Positions 36,051 through 49,915 of a DNA stretch of 64,000 nucleotides are shown here, piece by piece. The notes beneath the pieces were generated by a model. It searched no databases. It was not told where the DNA came from and saw nothing but the letters and a program-made list of their open reading frames with translations. Every line of letters begins with the position of its first letter. Position 1 is the first letter of the stretch. This DNA is from Octopus sinensis (taxonomy: Eukaryota): positions 16,802,001-16,866,000 of the forward strand of contig NC_043021.1 of the NCBI RefSeq assembly GCF_006345805.1. Reading direction: 5' to 3'. The translations under genes were made by a program, and so were the position numbers.

Positions 36051-36249
36051 TTTTCGTTTATTCTTTTACTTGTTTCAGTCATTTGACGGCGGCCATGCTG
36101 GGGCACCACCTTTAGTCGAAAAAAGCGACCCCAGGTCTTATTCTTTGTAAGCCTAGTACTAATTCTGTTGGTCTCCTTCGCTGAAACGCTAAGTTACGGT
36201 GATATCAACCCACCAACATCGGTTGTCAAGTGATGGTGGGGAAGGACAA

Positions 36250-36298
<49 letters not shown>

Positions 36299-37092
36299 CG
36301 ACGGGCTTTCAGTTTCCGTTTACGAAATCCACTCTTGAGGTTTTGCTTGACTTGAGGCTATAGTAGAAGACACTTGCCCAAGGTGCCATGCAGTGGGACT
36401 GAACCTGGAACCATATGGTTGTGAAGCAAGCTTAACTACACAGCCACTCCTGCGATATATATTTTTTCGTAACTTTTATTCTTTTACTTGTTTCAGTCAT
36501 TTAGACTGCGGCCAAGCTAGAGCAAGAAAGGCAAGATTGTTTATGGAAGACCAGCAGTCGCCCATGCATACAAGCCTAATCTCTCCAGGCCACCAATGTT
36601 ATCCAAGGGAAAGGCAAAGGGGCCGGTACAGCTTGGCACCAGTGACGTCACAACTCGTTTCTACAGCTGAGTGAACTGGAGCAACGTGAAATAAAGTGTC
36701 TTGCTTAAAGAACACAACACACAACCGAGTCTGGGAATCGAACTCACAATCTCGTGATTGTGAACCCGACGCAGAAAGTCACTCACTCTATTTTATCATG
36801 GAGAATACTCTCGAATGCAGACCAGTGCTCCGTAACCTTTTCCCACTTGTCCACTTGCGGTACACTTGTATTCTTTTCGAAATTCGGTGGCACACCTCAA
36901 CAAAAAAATATAGGGAAAAATAATTATATAGGCGCAGCAGTGGCTGTGTGGTAAGTAGCTTGTTTACCAACCACATGGTTCCGGGTTCAGTCCCACTGCG
37001 TGGCACCTTGGGCAAGTGTCTTCTACTATAGCCCCGGGCCGACCAAAGCCTTGTGTGTGGATTTGGCAGAAGGAAACTGAAAGAAGCCCGTC

Positions 37093-37126
<34 letters not shown>

Positions 37127-38750
37127 TTATCCACCCATCATCATTTAACAACCGATGTTGTTAAGTGTGTTTACGTCCCCGTCACTTAGCGATTCGGCAG
37201 AAGAGACCAATAGAATAAGTACTAAGCTTACAAAGGATAAGTCCTTGTTTCGATTTTGTCGACTAAAAGCGGTGCTCCAGCGTGGCCGCAGTCAAATCAC
37301 TGAAACGAATAAAAGAATGTGTATGTGTGTTTGCATCCCTATTTTACTCAAAAGTTAGGATGGTAGGATTTTGCGCTTTCCTCTCTTCCTCCACTTCCAG
37401 TATTCTTACCTCACCCCCTCCTCTTTCCCTACACTCAACCACCGCCCCCCCACACACACACACGCACACACTCCTTTTCAATTTCTATTGCTTATTAAGC
37501 CAACTGTAGGACTTCCGAAACAAACCTCATCATCGTTCGATCGAAACACGATACAAGTCAGCCAAACCTTCGTCGCCATCGCCCCATTCCCAGTCAGTCA
37601 GCAGTCAGGCACTCTAGACTAGTACCACACACACACACACACACACATATGCGTGCATGTACACATACATTACATACAAGCATGTGTACGTATATACTCT
37701 TTTTACTCTTTTGCTCTTTTACTTGTTTCAGTCATTTGACTGCGGCCATGCTGGAGCACCGCCTTTTAGTCGGGCAAATCCACCCCGGGACTTATTCCTT
37801 GTAAGCCCAGTACTTATTCTATCGGTCTCTTTTTGCCGAACCGCTAAGTGACGGGGACGTAAACACAGCAGCATCGGTTGTCAAGCAATACTAGGGGGAC
37901 AAACACAGACACACACACGCATACATATATATATATACATATATACGACAGGCTTCTTTCTACCAAATCCACTCACAAGGCATTGGTCGGCCCGGGGCTA
38001 TAGTAGAAGACACTTGCCCAAGATGCCACGCAGTGGGACTGAACCCGGAACCATGTGGTTGGTTAGCAAGCTACTTACCATACGGCCACTCCTACGCCTA
38101 TGTATGTATATGTATGTAAATATATAATAAATATGTAAATATTGGCGGAGGCGTGGCTGTGTGGTAAGTACATTGCTTCCCAACCACATAGTTCCGGGTT
38201 CATTCCCACTGCACCTTGCACATGTGTCCACCAATAAAGCTCTGATCCGGCCAAAGCCTTTTGAGTGAATTTAGTAGAAGGAAACTGAAATATTTATTAT
38301 TTAAACTGAACGCGATGCATCCATTTCCAAGCAAGTTTATATATATATATATATATATATATACTCTTTCACTTGTTTCAGTCATTTGACTGTGGCCATG
38401 CTGGAGCACCGCCTTTAGTCGAGCAAATCGACCCCCAGGACTTATTCTTTGTAAGCCTAGTACTTATTCTATCGGTCTCTTTTGCGGAACCGCTAAGTTA
38501 CGAGGACGTAAACACACCAGCATCGGTTGTGAAGCGATGTTGGGGGGACAAACACAGACACACAAACATACATATATACATATACGACGGGCTTCTTTCA
38601 GTTTCCATCTACCGAATCCACTCACAAGGCTTTGATCGGCCCGAGGCTATAGTAGAAAACACTTGCCCAAGGTGCCACGCAGTGGAACTGAATCCGGAAC
38701 CATGTGGTTGGTAAGCAAGCTACTTACCACACAGCCACTACTACGCCTAT
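36050..38750. mobile_element. SINE cluster: B(-) 36050-36460, D(-) 36520-36770, B(+) 36930-37315, B(-) 37700-38100, B(+) 38145-38290, B(-) 38370-38750
   Basis: Family-diagnostic heads and tails in alternating orientation. Confidence 0.85.
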
Positions 38751-38822
38751 AATATATTATATATAATATACAGATATATATATATATATATATACATATA
38801 TATATAATATATATATACATAT

Positions 38823-38898
<76 letters not shown>

Positions 38899-38912
38899 TA
38901 TATTATACATAT

Positions 38913-38955
<43 letters not shown>

Positions 38956-39330
38956 CACACACACACACGACTTGGTGTTGGTCTTTTTACGTCTCCATAG
39001 CTTAACGGTTCGGCAAAATGGACCGATAGAACAAGTAACAGACTTTAATAACTAAATAAGTCCTGCTGTTAATTTGTTCGATAAAAAAAACCTTCCAGAC
39101 GGTGCTCCAGCATGGCCAAACTTTCAAAGTGACTCAAAAAGAAGATTTTTTTATTTTTTTTTTTTTTTGCATGGCACTTACCAAATTAATGTAGGAAACT
39201 CTTCGACCTTGAATCGCTTTATAACTTTTGCCGATATAAAATTTTATTTTTAAAATACTTCTGCTTCATTAAGACAGACAGACCTTGGGCTAAAAAAACC
39301 CATAAAATTATCATCAAATACCCAGACAGT

Positions 39331-39363
<33 letters not shown>

Positions 39364-39849
39364 ACACACACACATGCGCGCGCGTTATATCTGGAACCAC
39401 CCCTTCACATAGACCTATGTACTTCACGTAACTACTCGACGCGCATACGCACACCTCCACCTTCTCATACGCCCTCATACTCACTCACACTCACAAACGC
39501 ATTATACCTCATCCTACCCTGTCATACAAACACAAACGCCTACAAATACAGACTAAAACACACGCACCACACTCATTCGAATAAAGTGCACGTATTACAT
39601 TTCACATTCTCACACATACACACACGCGCGTGGTCACGTGGCACCTTCTGTTTCTGTCCCACGATCAATCTATCGACATTTCATACAAGAAGGCTTTCAA
39701 ACTGAAAAAGGACATGTGGTTCTTTCAACAATCAATACATTACATTATGTGTGGCTGTACGGTAAGAGATTCGCTTCACAACCACATGGTTCCAGGTCCA
39801 GTCCCACTGCGTGGCTGGAAACTGAAAGAGACCGTCAAAAAAAAAATAT

Positions 39850-40190
39850 ATATATATATAACGATAAACGTCGCCCTTTTCAAGCCTAGCCAAGCTCATG
39901 GGCCCGGTTTCCCGGTTTCTGTGGCGTATGTGTTTCCCCCCGCCTCCCAGCTGGACGGGACACCAGTCCATCGCAGCGTTACTCAAGAAACAGGAAGAAA
40001 GAGTGAGAGAAAGTTGGGGCGAAAGAGTACAACAGGGGGTCGCCACCACCCCCTGCCGGAGCCTCGTGGAGCTTTTAGGTGTTTTCGCTCAATAAACACA
40101 CACAACGTCCGGTCTGGGAATCGAAACCGCGGTCCTCCGACCGCGAGTCCGCTGCCCTAACCACTGGGCCATGCACCTCCACACACACAC
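39850..40190 (-). mobile_element. SINE family C
   Basis: Head GTGGAGGTGCATGGCCCAGTGGTTAGGGCAGCGGACTCGCGG...GGTTTCGATTCCC. Confidence 0.85.
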
Positions 40191-41027
40191 GTACCCAGTA
40201 ATTCCCGGGAAAGCGGAGCTTATCCCTTGGTTCCGTTCTCATAACTGTTTCGCTAATCCAACAATACAAAGTATGTAGCCCTTAAAACGGTTTTTGTGCA
40301 TTTACAGAGGATACGGAAATGTCTTACGCAGGATCTTGTTTTTAGGAATTCCCAATAAGTTAAGAATACCCAAATTCTGAAGTCAGTTATGTAATAACAC
40401 TAAATTAGTTAGCCGATAGTAAGAATTCAAATAAAGCAGCCCCGAAAAGAGCTTTAATGCGTTATCAGAGTATATAGAACTTGGGAGGAAATACTAATAA
40501 GGCATATATACTAAAATCGTGAAGCACGTTACGTAATAACAGGCTAACCAGATAGGGATTATAACAATTAAAAGTAAATAACTCTGAAATGGGCTTTTGT
40601 GCGTTCCCAGAGAATATTACCCTCTGTGGCGCTAGTGTTGGTATATTCGTGAATAAGTCACTAACCGAAATAAGTGGATCTATTGTTTAGGAAAATACTA
40701 TCTACTTGTACTGGATAAATTGCGAAAATAACTCTAACAGTTCAAATACTAAGAAACAAGCATACTCAATTTCATTTTTACCACACACACACACACACAC
40801 ATATTTATACGACAGGTTTCTTTCAGTTTCCGTCTGCTAAATCCAGTCATTGAACCCAAAACTACGTTGTTTGGAGGCAATCTACTTATCACACAGCCAC
40901 GCCTGCGCCTCATGAAGATTTTTCTTTTTAAGCTATGGGGAAAACCACGGTCAATCGTAATAAAAATTTTGAGCGGATAGTATTCGCCTTTCCGCGTTTA
41001 AAGGGTTAAAACAAATAGGCCATTATG

Positions 41028-41545
41028 GTTTTCAGTGACAAAGGCGTTTCAAGGCTGATCGTTTGCCGGACCAAGATGACGAGCGTCCAGAAAGACGAAA
41101 CAGCGGCAAAACGCCGAAAAACACATGGGGAGAGGAGATTTGGGACGAAAATGAAGCAAAAAGTCATCAACTGTGATACAGCTGTAATTAGGTTGACGCA
41201 TCATGACAACGCGGCCGCTCACACACCTTCCTTCAAAACGACTCAGACTTCAAGAACAAAACGGCAGTCGTTCTACACCCACCGTACTCGTTTGACCCAT
41301 TCTCTCTTCCATTCCCTCCACTTGGGGGATTTCAACGTGTTTCTTATACCCCCAAGAGCGAAATCAAAACTGAAGGAGCGCCGCTTGGAGTCAACCGATG
41401 AAATTCTAACTGAATCGTAGCAAGCGCTGTTGGACAGCTTCACAAGAAGGATTTTTACAGTACTTTGTAAGACATGGGAGCAGACGACGTGCAAGAATCG
41501 CTTTGTACGTTCCCGAGGAGTCTTATTTCCATAGAAGAGAATGGT
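41028..41545 (+). pseudogene. Internally deleted, frameshifted mariner transposase
   Basis: N-terminal *QRRFKADR..DDERP is joined to HHDNAAAHT (41199), HPPYS (41276) and ..LKERRLESTDEI..., matching mariner DD34D motifs. Confidence 0.8.
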
Positions 41546-41559
41546 TTCGGACGATAAAT

Positions 41560-42760
41560 ATATACTCTTTACTCTTTTACTTGTTTCAGTCATTTGACTG
41601 CGGCCATGTTGGAGCACCGCCTTTAGTCGAGCAAATCGACCCCACGACTTATTCTTTGTAAGCCCAGTACTTATTCTATCGGTCTCTTTAGCCGAACCAC
41701 TAAGTGACGGGGGCGCAAACACACCAGCATCGGTCGTCAAGCAATGCTAGGGGGACAACAAACAAATACACACAACACATACATATATACGACAGGCTTC
41801 TTTCAGTTTCCGTCTACCAAATCCACTCACAAGGCATTGGTCGGCCCGGGGCTATAGCAGAAGACACTTGCCCAAGATGCCACGCAGTGGGACTGAACCC
41901 GGAACCATGTGGTTGGTAAGCAATCTACTTACCACACAGCCACTCCTACGCCTATATATTCAAATTATATTATTTATCAGGTCACTAGGGTACCTTCTTT
42001 TTCAGGCCCCATCCAGGAACTTAGTGAACCCAACACGTGTGAATATATTTTTAATATGTGCAATTCTACAAGTGCCAACGCACAAAACACTCGTCACCTC
42101 ATTCACTTTCTAACCTCTGCTGATTATAAAAACAAAAACAAAAAATGATAATAAACGTATATAGGCGCAGGCGTGGCTGTGTGGTAAGAAGCTTGCTTCC
42201 CAACCACATGATACCAAGTTCAGTCCCATTGCGTGGCACCTTGGGCAAGTATCTTTTATTATAGCCTCGAGCCGACCAAAGTCTTGTGAGTGGATTTGGA
42301 AGACGAAATCTCAAAGAAGCCCGTCACATATATATATGTGTGTGTCTGTGTTTGTGCCCACACCATCGCTGATGTTGGTGTGTATACGTCCCCGTAAGCT
42401 AGCGGTTCGGCAAAAGACCGATATATAATAAGCACTAGGCTTGCAAAGAATAATTCCTGGGGTCGATTTGTTCAACTAAAGGCGATGCTCCAACATGACA
42501 GCAGTCAAACGACTGAAACAAGTAAAAGAATAAGAGAATATATATACACACATATATATATATACACATATATATATATATATATACATATATATACACA
42601 CACACACACATATATATATATATATTATATATATATATATATATATATTCTTTTATTCTTCTACTTGTTTCAGTCATTTTGACTGTGGCCATGCTGGAGT
42701 ACCGTCTTTAGTCAAGCAAATAGACCTCCAGGACTTATTCTTTGTAAGCCTAGTACTTGT
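41560..42760. mobile_element. SINE B copies: (-) 41560-41955, (+) 42160-42520, (-) tail 42650-42760
   Basis: Family-diagnostic sequence. Confidence 0.85.
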
Positions 42761-42962
42761 TCAACCGGTGTGTATATATATATATATTTATATACATACA
42801 TATATATATAATATATATATATATATTATATATATGTGTGTGTGTGTGTATATATATATATTTATATACATACTATATATACGTGTGTATATATATATAT
42901 TTATATACATACATATATATGTGTGTGTGTATATATATATATATTATATATATATATGTATA

Positions 42963-43017
<55 letters not shown>

Positions 43018-43354
43018 ATTATATATATATTCTATGTCTTTCTCTTCTTTTCACTTTCTCTCAATCTTTCAATGACTTCATTCCGTTTCTCCTCCTTTCT
43101 CTCCCCCTCCTCTTTCTCTCTCTCTCTCCCCAACGAGCGTGTAACGACGGGGGAAACTAGTCGAGTTGTTCCTCACTCGGGTCAACACACCAACGTGAAT
43201 GTATATTACAAACGTAGCCATACATATATGTCTCCTTTATGATTAATTACAGAGCATTCTCAATGAATAATTGCCTCGAAGTAGAGGAATTGGGGTGTGT
43301 TTTGTGAGGCTCGAGTGTGTATGTGAGAGAGTGTGTGTGTATGTGAGAGAGAGA

Positions 43355-43432
<78 letters not shown>

Positions 43433-43869
43433 TATTTCTCCCTAGGTAATATGGATGAAATAACTATGTGAATCAGGTATAGCAAATGAAGAAATAGACC
43501 GTAGAGGTGTCGTCTGCACTGGATAAGTGTCGTGTGAGAGAGAGAGAGAGAGTGGGGAGGGGGGGAGAAAGAGACAGACAAACGACAAACGGAATGTTTG
43601 TGTGTGTTTAGTAAACAGAAACAACGAGAACAAATGGATAAAAGAAATACTTTTTTACACAGACACAGACACACACGCACACATACATACACACAACATA
43701 CACACACAGAAATATTAACACACATACGCACACACACACAGAGATACCAAGAAATACACATCGTACATACATGCAGACAGACGGATATATACATAGTCAC
43801 ACACACACACACACAGAGGCTTACAGATAAATCTGCACATAGATATACAAACAACCAAGAGTTAAAAGA

Positions 43870-44320
43870 GAAAAGCGACCTCTACCACTGGGGCCATTGC
43901 GCCTCCACATACTGTAGCTAAACCTGTAACATGTAGAATCCTCCATATTACTCTTCTTTCTCTTAGGCACTCCGTCGACGAGGGTTCCGGTTGATCCGGT
44001 GAAATTAACGTGTAAGTGGCTGAGCACTCCACAGACACGTGTACCCTTAACGTAGTTCTCGGGGATATTCAGCGTGACACAGAGAGTGACAAGGCCGGCC
44101 CTTTGAAATACAGGTACAACAGAAACAGGAAGAAAGAGTGAGAGAAAGTTGTGGTGAAAGAGTACAGCAGGGATCACCACCATCCCCTGCCGGAGCCTCG
44201 TGGAGCTTTTAGGTGTTTTCGCTCAATAAACACTCACAACGCCCGGTCTGGGAATCGAAAACGCGATCCTACGACCGTGAGTCCGCTGCCCTAACCACTG
44301 GGCCATTGCGCCTCCACACC
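43870..44320 (-). mobile_element. SINE family C, long form
   Basis: tRNA head at the 44320 end, with body CGTGTACCCTTAACGTAGTTCTCGGGGATATTCAGCGTGACAC. Confidence 0.85.
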
Positions 44321-44705
44321 CCATATTATTATAAATGACTACAAAATAGATTTCTTGCATTAAAAAAAAATATGATTCCGTGAGATCAATCCCTTAATCC
44401 TGTATTAAGATTTATCTATAATGCCATTTTGTTTTGCTTTTTAATCTTAAACAGATACACAAAGACTGAAAGAAAACGATTGCCAATACAATTGGCCGAA
44501 ATGGAAGGGATCCTCCGAAAGCTGTCTAATGAAGATAAAGATTCTTTCGGAATCATTTTGACTCATAGGGCCAGTTTTCTGACTTTTGTGGCGGGTATAT
44601 TACTCCCTGGACGAGAAGCCATTCCATCGTAGGATGACTCATTTTAGCCAGTTGATGGATTGGCGCAACGGGAAATGAATCGTTTTGCTCAAGAACACAA
44701 TGCAG

Positions 44706-45122
44706 GGATCTTTTCGGTTTGAACGGCAGTTTTTTAAAATAATTTCCACGCAACTAAACACTTTTAAACTTCGTATACTGGTAGAATGTGTTTATAAACC
44801 ATCTTTTTCTCTTGGCTTTATTGAGAAAATTCTATAGTTTGTAGGATATCTGTTGTTGTTTTTCTTCAATTTCTGCAATTTCAACCAATCAATGACGTCC
44901 ATTGAGGTAAAAAAAACAATTCTGTGCCGTATGAATATGTCCCTCGTTTAAGAAACAGATTGGGTTTATTTACATTTGTGAAGAAAAAAAAGATACCCCC
45001 TCCCCCCACCCCTAACCCTAAAACAGATTGAAATGTAATAGATCGATACTAGGGTCATAATTATAGGTGACAATTTCATATGACACCGCTAAAAAAAACT
45101 GCCGTTCAAACCGAAAAGATCC
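44706..45122. mobile_element. GGATC-family MITE
   Basis: Same TIRs. TSD CAATGCAG/TAATGCAG (7 of 8 match). Confidence 0.9.
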
Positions 45123-45660
45123 TAATGCAGTGCCCCAGTATGGCCGCAATCTGATGACTAAAACAGACAGAAGATAAAAGATGCTGCAAGAAGAGACCAC
45201 AGCCCCGGTGATACTTTTTACGGAAGATAATTTTTCAGATTCTTCAAACCTCCTACACACTTCACGTATTTCATCATTCGAAACCACAACCTTACTACGA
45301 TCGTCAGTCCAACACCCTAACTACTAAAAGCACGTGCCCCCACCACCCGAAGGATTTCTTGAGTAACGTTACTCGACAGGGTACGTAGCTCGCAGATCAA
45401 GGAGTCACTCCAGATCGATTCACTATGCATTGAGAGGTCACAGTATCACAAGACAGACTCTTCAAAATGAGCCAACTGCTTGTGGGTAGACCAAGAGTCC
45501 AAGAATGAGATGGCCGGATATAATATCCATAGTCTGAGTTGGTCTTGTTTATCCCCTCTATGTTTAGCCCCTTGTGGGCAATAAAGAAATAACAATATAG
45601 GGGTTCTCCTTTTGCGTAGGACATTTTAAACTGATTATCCGTTTCCAATGAAATATAATA

Positions 45661-46072
45661 CTTATTTCTTTATTACCCACAAGGGGCTAAACATAGAGGG
45701 GACAAACAAGGACAGACATAGGTATTAAGTCGATTACATCGACCCCAGTGCGTAACTGGTACTTAATTTATCGACCCCGAAAGGATGAAAGGTAAAGTCG
45801 ACCCCGGCGGAATTTGAACTCACAACGTAACGGCAGACGAAATACCTATTTCTTTATTACCCACAAGGGGCTAAACACAGAGGGGACAAACAAGTACAGA
45901 CATAGGTATTAAGTCGATTACATCGACCTCAGTGCGTAACTGGTACTTAATTTATCGACCCCGAAAGGATGAAAGGTAAAGTCGACCTCGGCGGAATTTG
46001 AACTCACAACGTAACGGCAGACGAAATACCGCTAAGCATTTCGCCCGGCGTGCTAACGTTTCTGCCAACTCG
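45661..46072 (-). mobile_element. SINE family A dimer
   Basis: Junction GAAATACCTATTTC at 45839-45852. Confidence 0.9.
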
Positions 46073-47684
46073 AACCAAATTACCTCAATCGAGCGATCAT
46101 AAAACCAAACACGTTACCTCACCACCACCATTAATCTTGACCATGATGTTTTAAAGTAGACTGATCACGTAATACACAAGTAAATAGGGTAATAGGTACA
46201 TTGCGTTGTTTCCGTTACAGTTTTCTGACTCAGACGACAAAGGAAAGAACGCGAGGAAACACGTGTCCTGTAGCCCGATGATATCATTCACAGCCCAGCT
46301 TGGTGTGTTTTCACACATGCTGCCTAATAAGGAGAATTTCTCTTCCAAGACATTTACCGTAGAGAATGTCTTTCGAACATGTTACATAGATATGTGCTCA
46401 CCTGTACTTTAATCACCGCTGTTTAGTGTGCCTTCAGCTAATTACTCCCAGCGTGACAAAGCTTTGCACACGCCAGCGAAGTTATCATTTGGTGTTTACA
46501 CAAGGACAGCAAACGGCGATTCTTAACGGGTTATGGAATGACGGATTCGGTGCCTGTGGTTGATGAAGCCTAACAACACAAAAACACGATTCCTACAGTC
46601 CGATAAACATCATTCATAACCCAGTCCGATGTGTTTCCACGTATAGTAGCCATAAGGAGAATTTCTCTTTCGTGACGGTTATCACAGCGAATGCCATTTT
46701 GTTTCTGTGTGCACGGACGTGTTAAATATATATGTACACACTTATATTCTAATCATCGCTACTTAGTGATTGTGGCTTGAGCAAAAAGACAAATGTTGCA
46801 CCTATCATGCATTACGTCTTCGATTTCGGTCCATAGTTACATTATCACGTCCGTATATCAGTATGTATGTATGTATGTATGTATGTATGTATGTATGAAT
46901 GTATGTATGTCTTAAGGATGTATCATGCACGGGGACATAGAAATAATCGGACTGAATACTCGATCGCGCGGTTAAACCATTGGAAGTGAAGGACTCCTAG
47001 CCTTTGTTAGGACATCCTTCTAGGAGAAGGTAACTGGGATAACTCCGACATAAAACCTGCGGCTCAGTGGTTTCCAATGATGTTGACTTGTTCTTCTTTT
47101 CGGATTATGACTGCTGTTGCTTAGTGAGTGAGACTGACTCAGTGCACAGCCTTTCCTCACTTTAAAAGAAAATCTTCTTGCACAGGCATTGCACGATAGT
47201 AACATTGATTAAGCTTTGTGCAATGGCCATACTCGATAACGAGGGGGCGGCCACCATGTATGTATGTATGTATGTATGTATGTATGTATGTATGTGTGTG
47301 TATGTATGTATGTATGTATGTATGTGTGTGTATGTACGTACGTACGTATGTATGTATGTATGTATGTATGTATGTATGTATGTATGTATGTATGTATGTA
47401 TGTATGTATGTATGTATGTATGTATGTATGTATGTATGTATGTATGTATGCATGTATGTACATTATATACATAATATACGTCACATATGTATCTTTTACC
47501 ATTTATACTTTACTTGTTTCAGCGATCTGACTGCAGCATGGCCGGAGCACTGCCTTCGAGGGTTTTCTTTTGAAGCCTGGGTCCTTAGTCTATTAATCTC
47601 ATTGTTGAACCGCTAAGTTACGGGGACGCAAACAAACAGATACAAAGACACATACACACACACACACATATATATATATATATT

Positions 47685-47890
47685 CAAAAAGTGACCGCGT
47701 ATGTACCGTTGGCGATTTTTTTTCCTCTGCATTCCCTTCTCTGGATCTTTCCTTCTCCTATGTTTCCGACGAAGAGCTCCGCTCGAAACGTTAAACCCTC
47801 CTTCTTCCCTTCTTTCCTGAACGTCCAATAATACTATATTTGTTCCACGTCCCCGCGTTGTTGTGTTTTTTTGTGCTTTCATGTTTGGAT
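47685..47890 (+). mobile_element. Penelope-type terminal fragment inserted in the microsatellite of a SINE B
   Basis: Contains GTTT-CCGACGA-A-GAGCTCCGCTC-GAAACGTT-AAAC. SINE B halves lie at 47500-47680 and 47910-48030. Confidence 0.6.
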
Positions 47891-48678
47891 TAACTTTATA
47901 TATATACATACATACGACGGGCTTCTTTCAGTTTCCGTCTACCAAATCCACTCGCAAGGCTTTGATTGGCCTAAGGCTATATAGTAATGGACACTTGCCC
48001 AAGGTTCTACACAGTAGATTGAACCCTAAACCACGTGATTGGAAAACAAGCTCTATAACTTTTAAACTAGAGCTTTCATTATTTTTCTCAGCACAAATGT
48101 GTTCCCTAAGAACATATATATACACTGCAATTTTCCTTCGGTACTAAAAACGGTTTCCAGGATTTCTTCAACTTGGATTACGTCTTTCGATTTTGATGAA
48201 ATTTCCAACATAGATGGAGATTTTCACGATAAGTACGAAAACCACAAAAACTTAGGTGAACCTTTACGATTACAGACGTCGAAATTTGAAGGTGATTTCT
48301 GGCGGCTTTGGCGATCAGATTCGTTCAAAACACGTGGGAAACCATCGGAAAAACACAAATTACGCCCCTAAAGTAAGACGGATGTAATAGCTATTTCATA
48401 CCATTTGATTCTGTCTCCTAAAGCGTTCGTGTCGATGTGTGGCCGGGTTCGATACTAGCCTAATATCATCTTTTATCTTTTACTTGTTTCAGTCATTAGA
48501 CTGCGGCCACGCTGGGGCACCCCCTTGAAGAACTTTGGAGTCGAATGAATCAACACCATTGCTTTTTTCTCTCTTTTTTTTAAAGCCTGGTATTTATTTT
48601 ATCGTTCTCTTTTGCCGAAATGCTAATTTACAGGGACGAAAACACACCAACACCGGTTGTGTATGTATGTATGAACTG

Positions 48679-48733
<55 letters not shown>

Positions 48734-49157
48734 TGTGTGTTTGTCTTATACATACGAGTGACTTCTTTCAGTTTCCTTCTACCAAAAGCCACTCACAAGG
48801 CTTGGGTCGGTCTGGGGCTATAGTACAAGACACACACGCCCACGTTGCCACGCAGTGAGATTGAACCTGGAGCCATGTAACGGGGGAAACAAATTTCGTA
48901 CCACACAGCCACGCCTGGGCAAGTTTCCAGTAAATTTTTTCCCCATTACATCAGTCTCGCTTTGGTGAATGCGGCATTCTTAAAAAACGAATGGTTTCTG
49001 ACGGCTTTGGTGATCAGATTCGCTCAAAACATGTCAAAAATAGCTCAGGGAAAAAACGTAGTCCTCACCTTCAAATCACGAAGATTACAACAGCAAATTT
49101 ATTTATTTATCTATTTATTTATTACAAATTAATAGATGAAAAGTCACGATGTTTTAA

Positions 49158-49422
49158 AGTATGAAATGTTTTAGAAATTTTTTTGAAATTTCCACCAATC
49201 AGATGCAGCCATTCTCGACACGCCGGAAGTTGGAACTGCCATATGTTCTTTTATACCAATAAAGACCCACCTGGTAGCTAGATCAGATAAAAGAAAAATT
49301 TATATATACGTATAACTATGGAGAACATATGGCAGTTCCACTTTAAGCGTGTTGAGATTGGCCGCAGCTGATTGGCTGAATTTTTTTTAAAATAAATTTT
49401 GAATATCTAAAGCTTCATAACT
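49158..49422. mobile_element. Palindromic MITE
   Basis: CCAATCAGATGCAGCC...GGAACTGCCATATGTTCT (49195-49249) is mirrored at 49322-49375, with weaker outer arms. Confidence 0.7.
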
Positions 49423-49489
49423 TGCTTATTCTCAAGTTCTGCAAAAAATAGTTGTGATTTTCTAAATTAATATTATTAACTTTCTTAAG

Positions 49490-49915
49490 GAGGCAAACTG
49501 GCAGAAACGTTAGCACGCTGGGCGAAATGCGTAGCAGTATTTCGTCTGCCGTTACGTTCTGAGTTCAAATTCTGCCGAGGTCGACTTTGCCTTTCATCCT
49601 TTCGGGGTCGATTAAATAAGTACCAGTTATGCACTGGGTCGATGTAATCGACTTAATCCCTTGGTCTGTTCTTGTTTGTCCCCTCTGTGTTTAGCCCCTT
49701 GTGGGCAATAAAGAAATAAGAAACGTTAGCACGCTGGGCGAAATGCTTAGCGGTATTTCGTCTGCCGTTACGTTCTGAGTTCAAATTCCGCCGTGGTCGA
49801 CTTTGCCTTTCATCATTTCGGGGTCGATAAATTAAGTACCAGTTACGCACTGGGATCGATATCTGTCCTTGTTTGTCCCCTCTGTGTTTAGCCCCTTGTG
49901 GGTAGTAAAGAAATA
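49490..49915 (+). mobile_element. SINE family A dimer with a different junction
   Basis: Second unit restarts inside the head at AGAAACGTTAGC (about 49719). Confidence 0.88.

Noticed and set aside
39175-39240. Donor GTAAGTG preceded by KRFKVEEFPTLI (thioredoxin-like)
   Set aside because: In-frame stop a few codons upstream with no suitable acceptor, and the match is too short.
6080-44320. tRNA genes at SINE heads (e.g. 6080-6155, 9400-9470, 40110-40180, 44245-44318)
   Set aside because: The tRNA-like heads continue into shared SINE bodies and lack proper acceptor stems.
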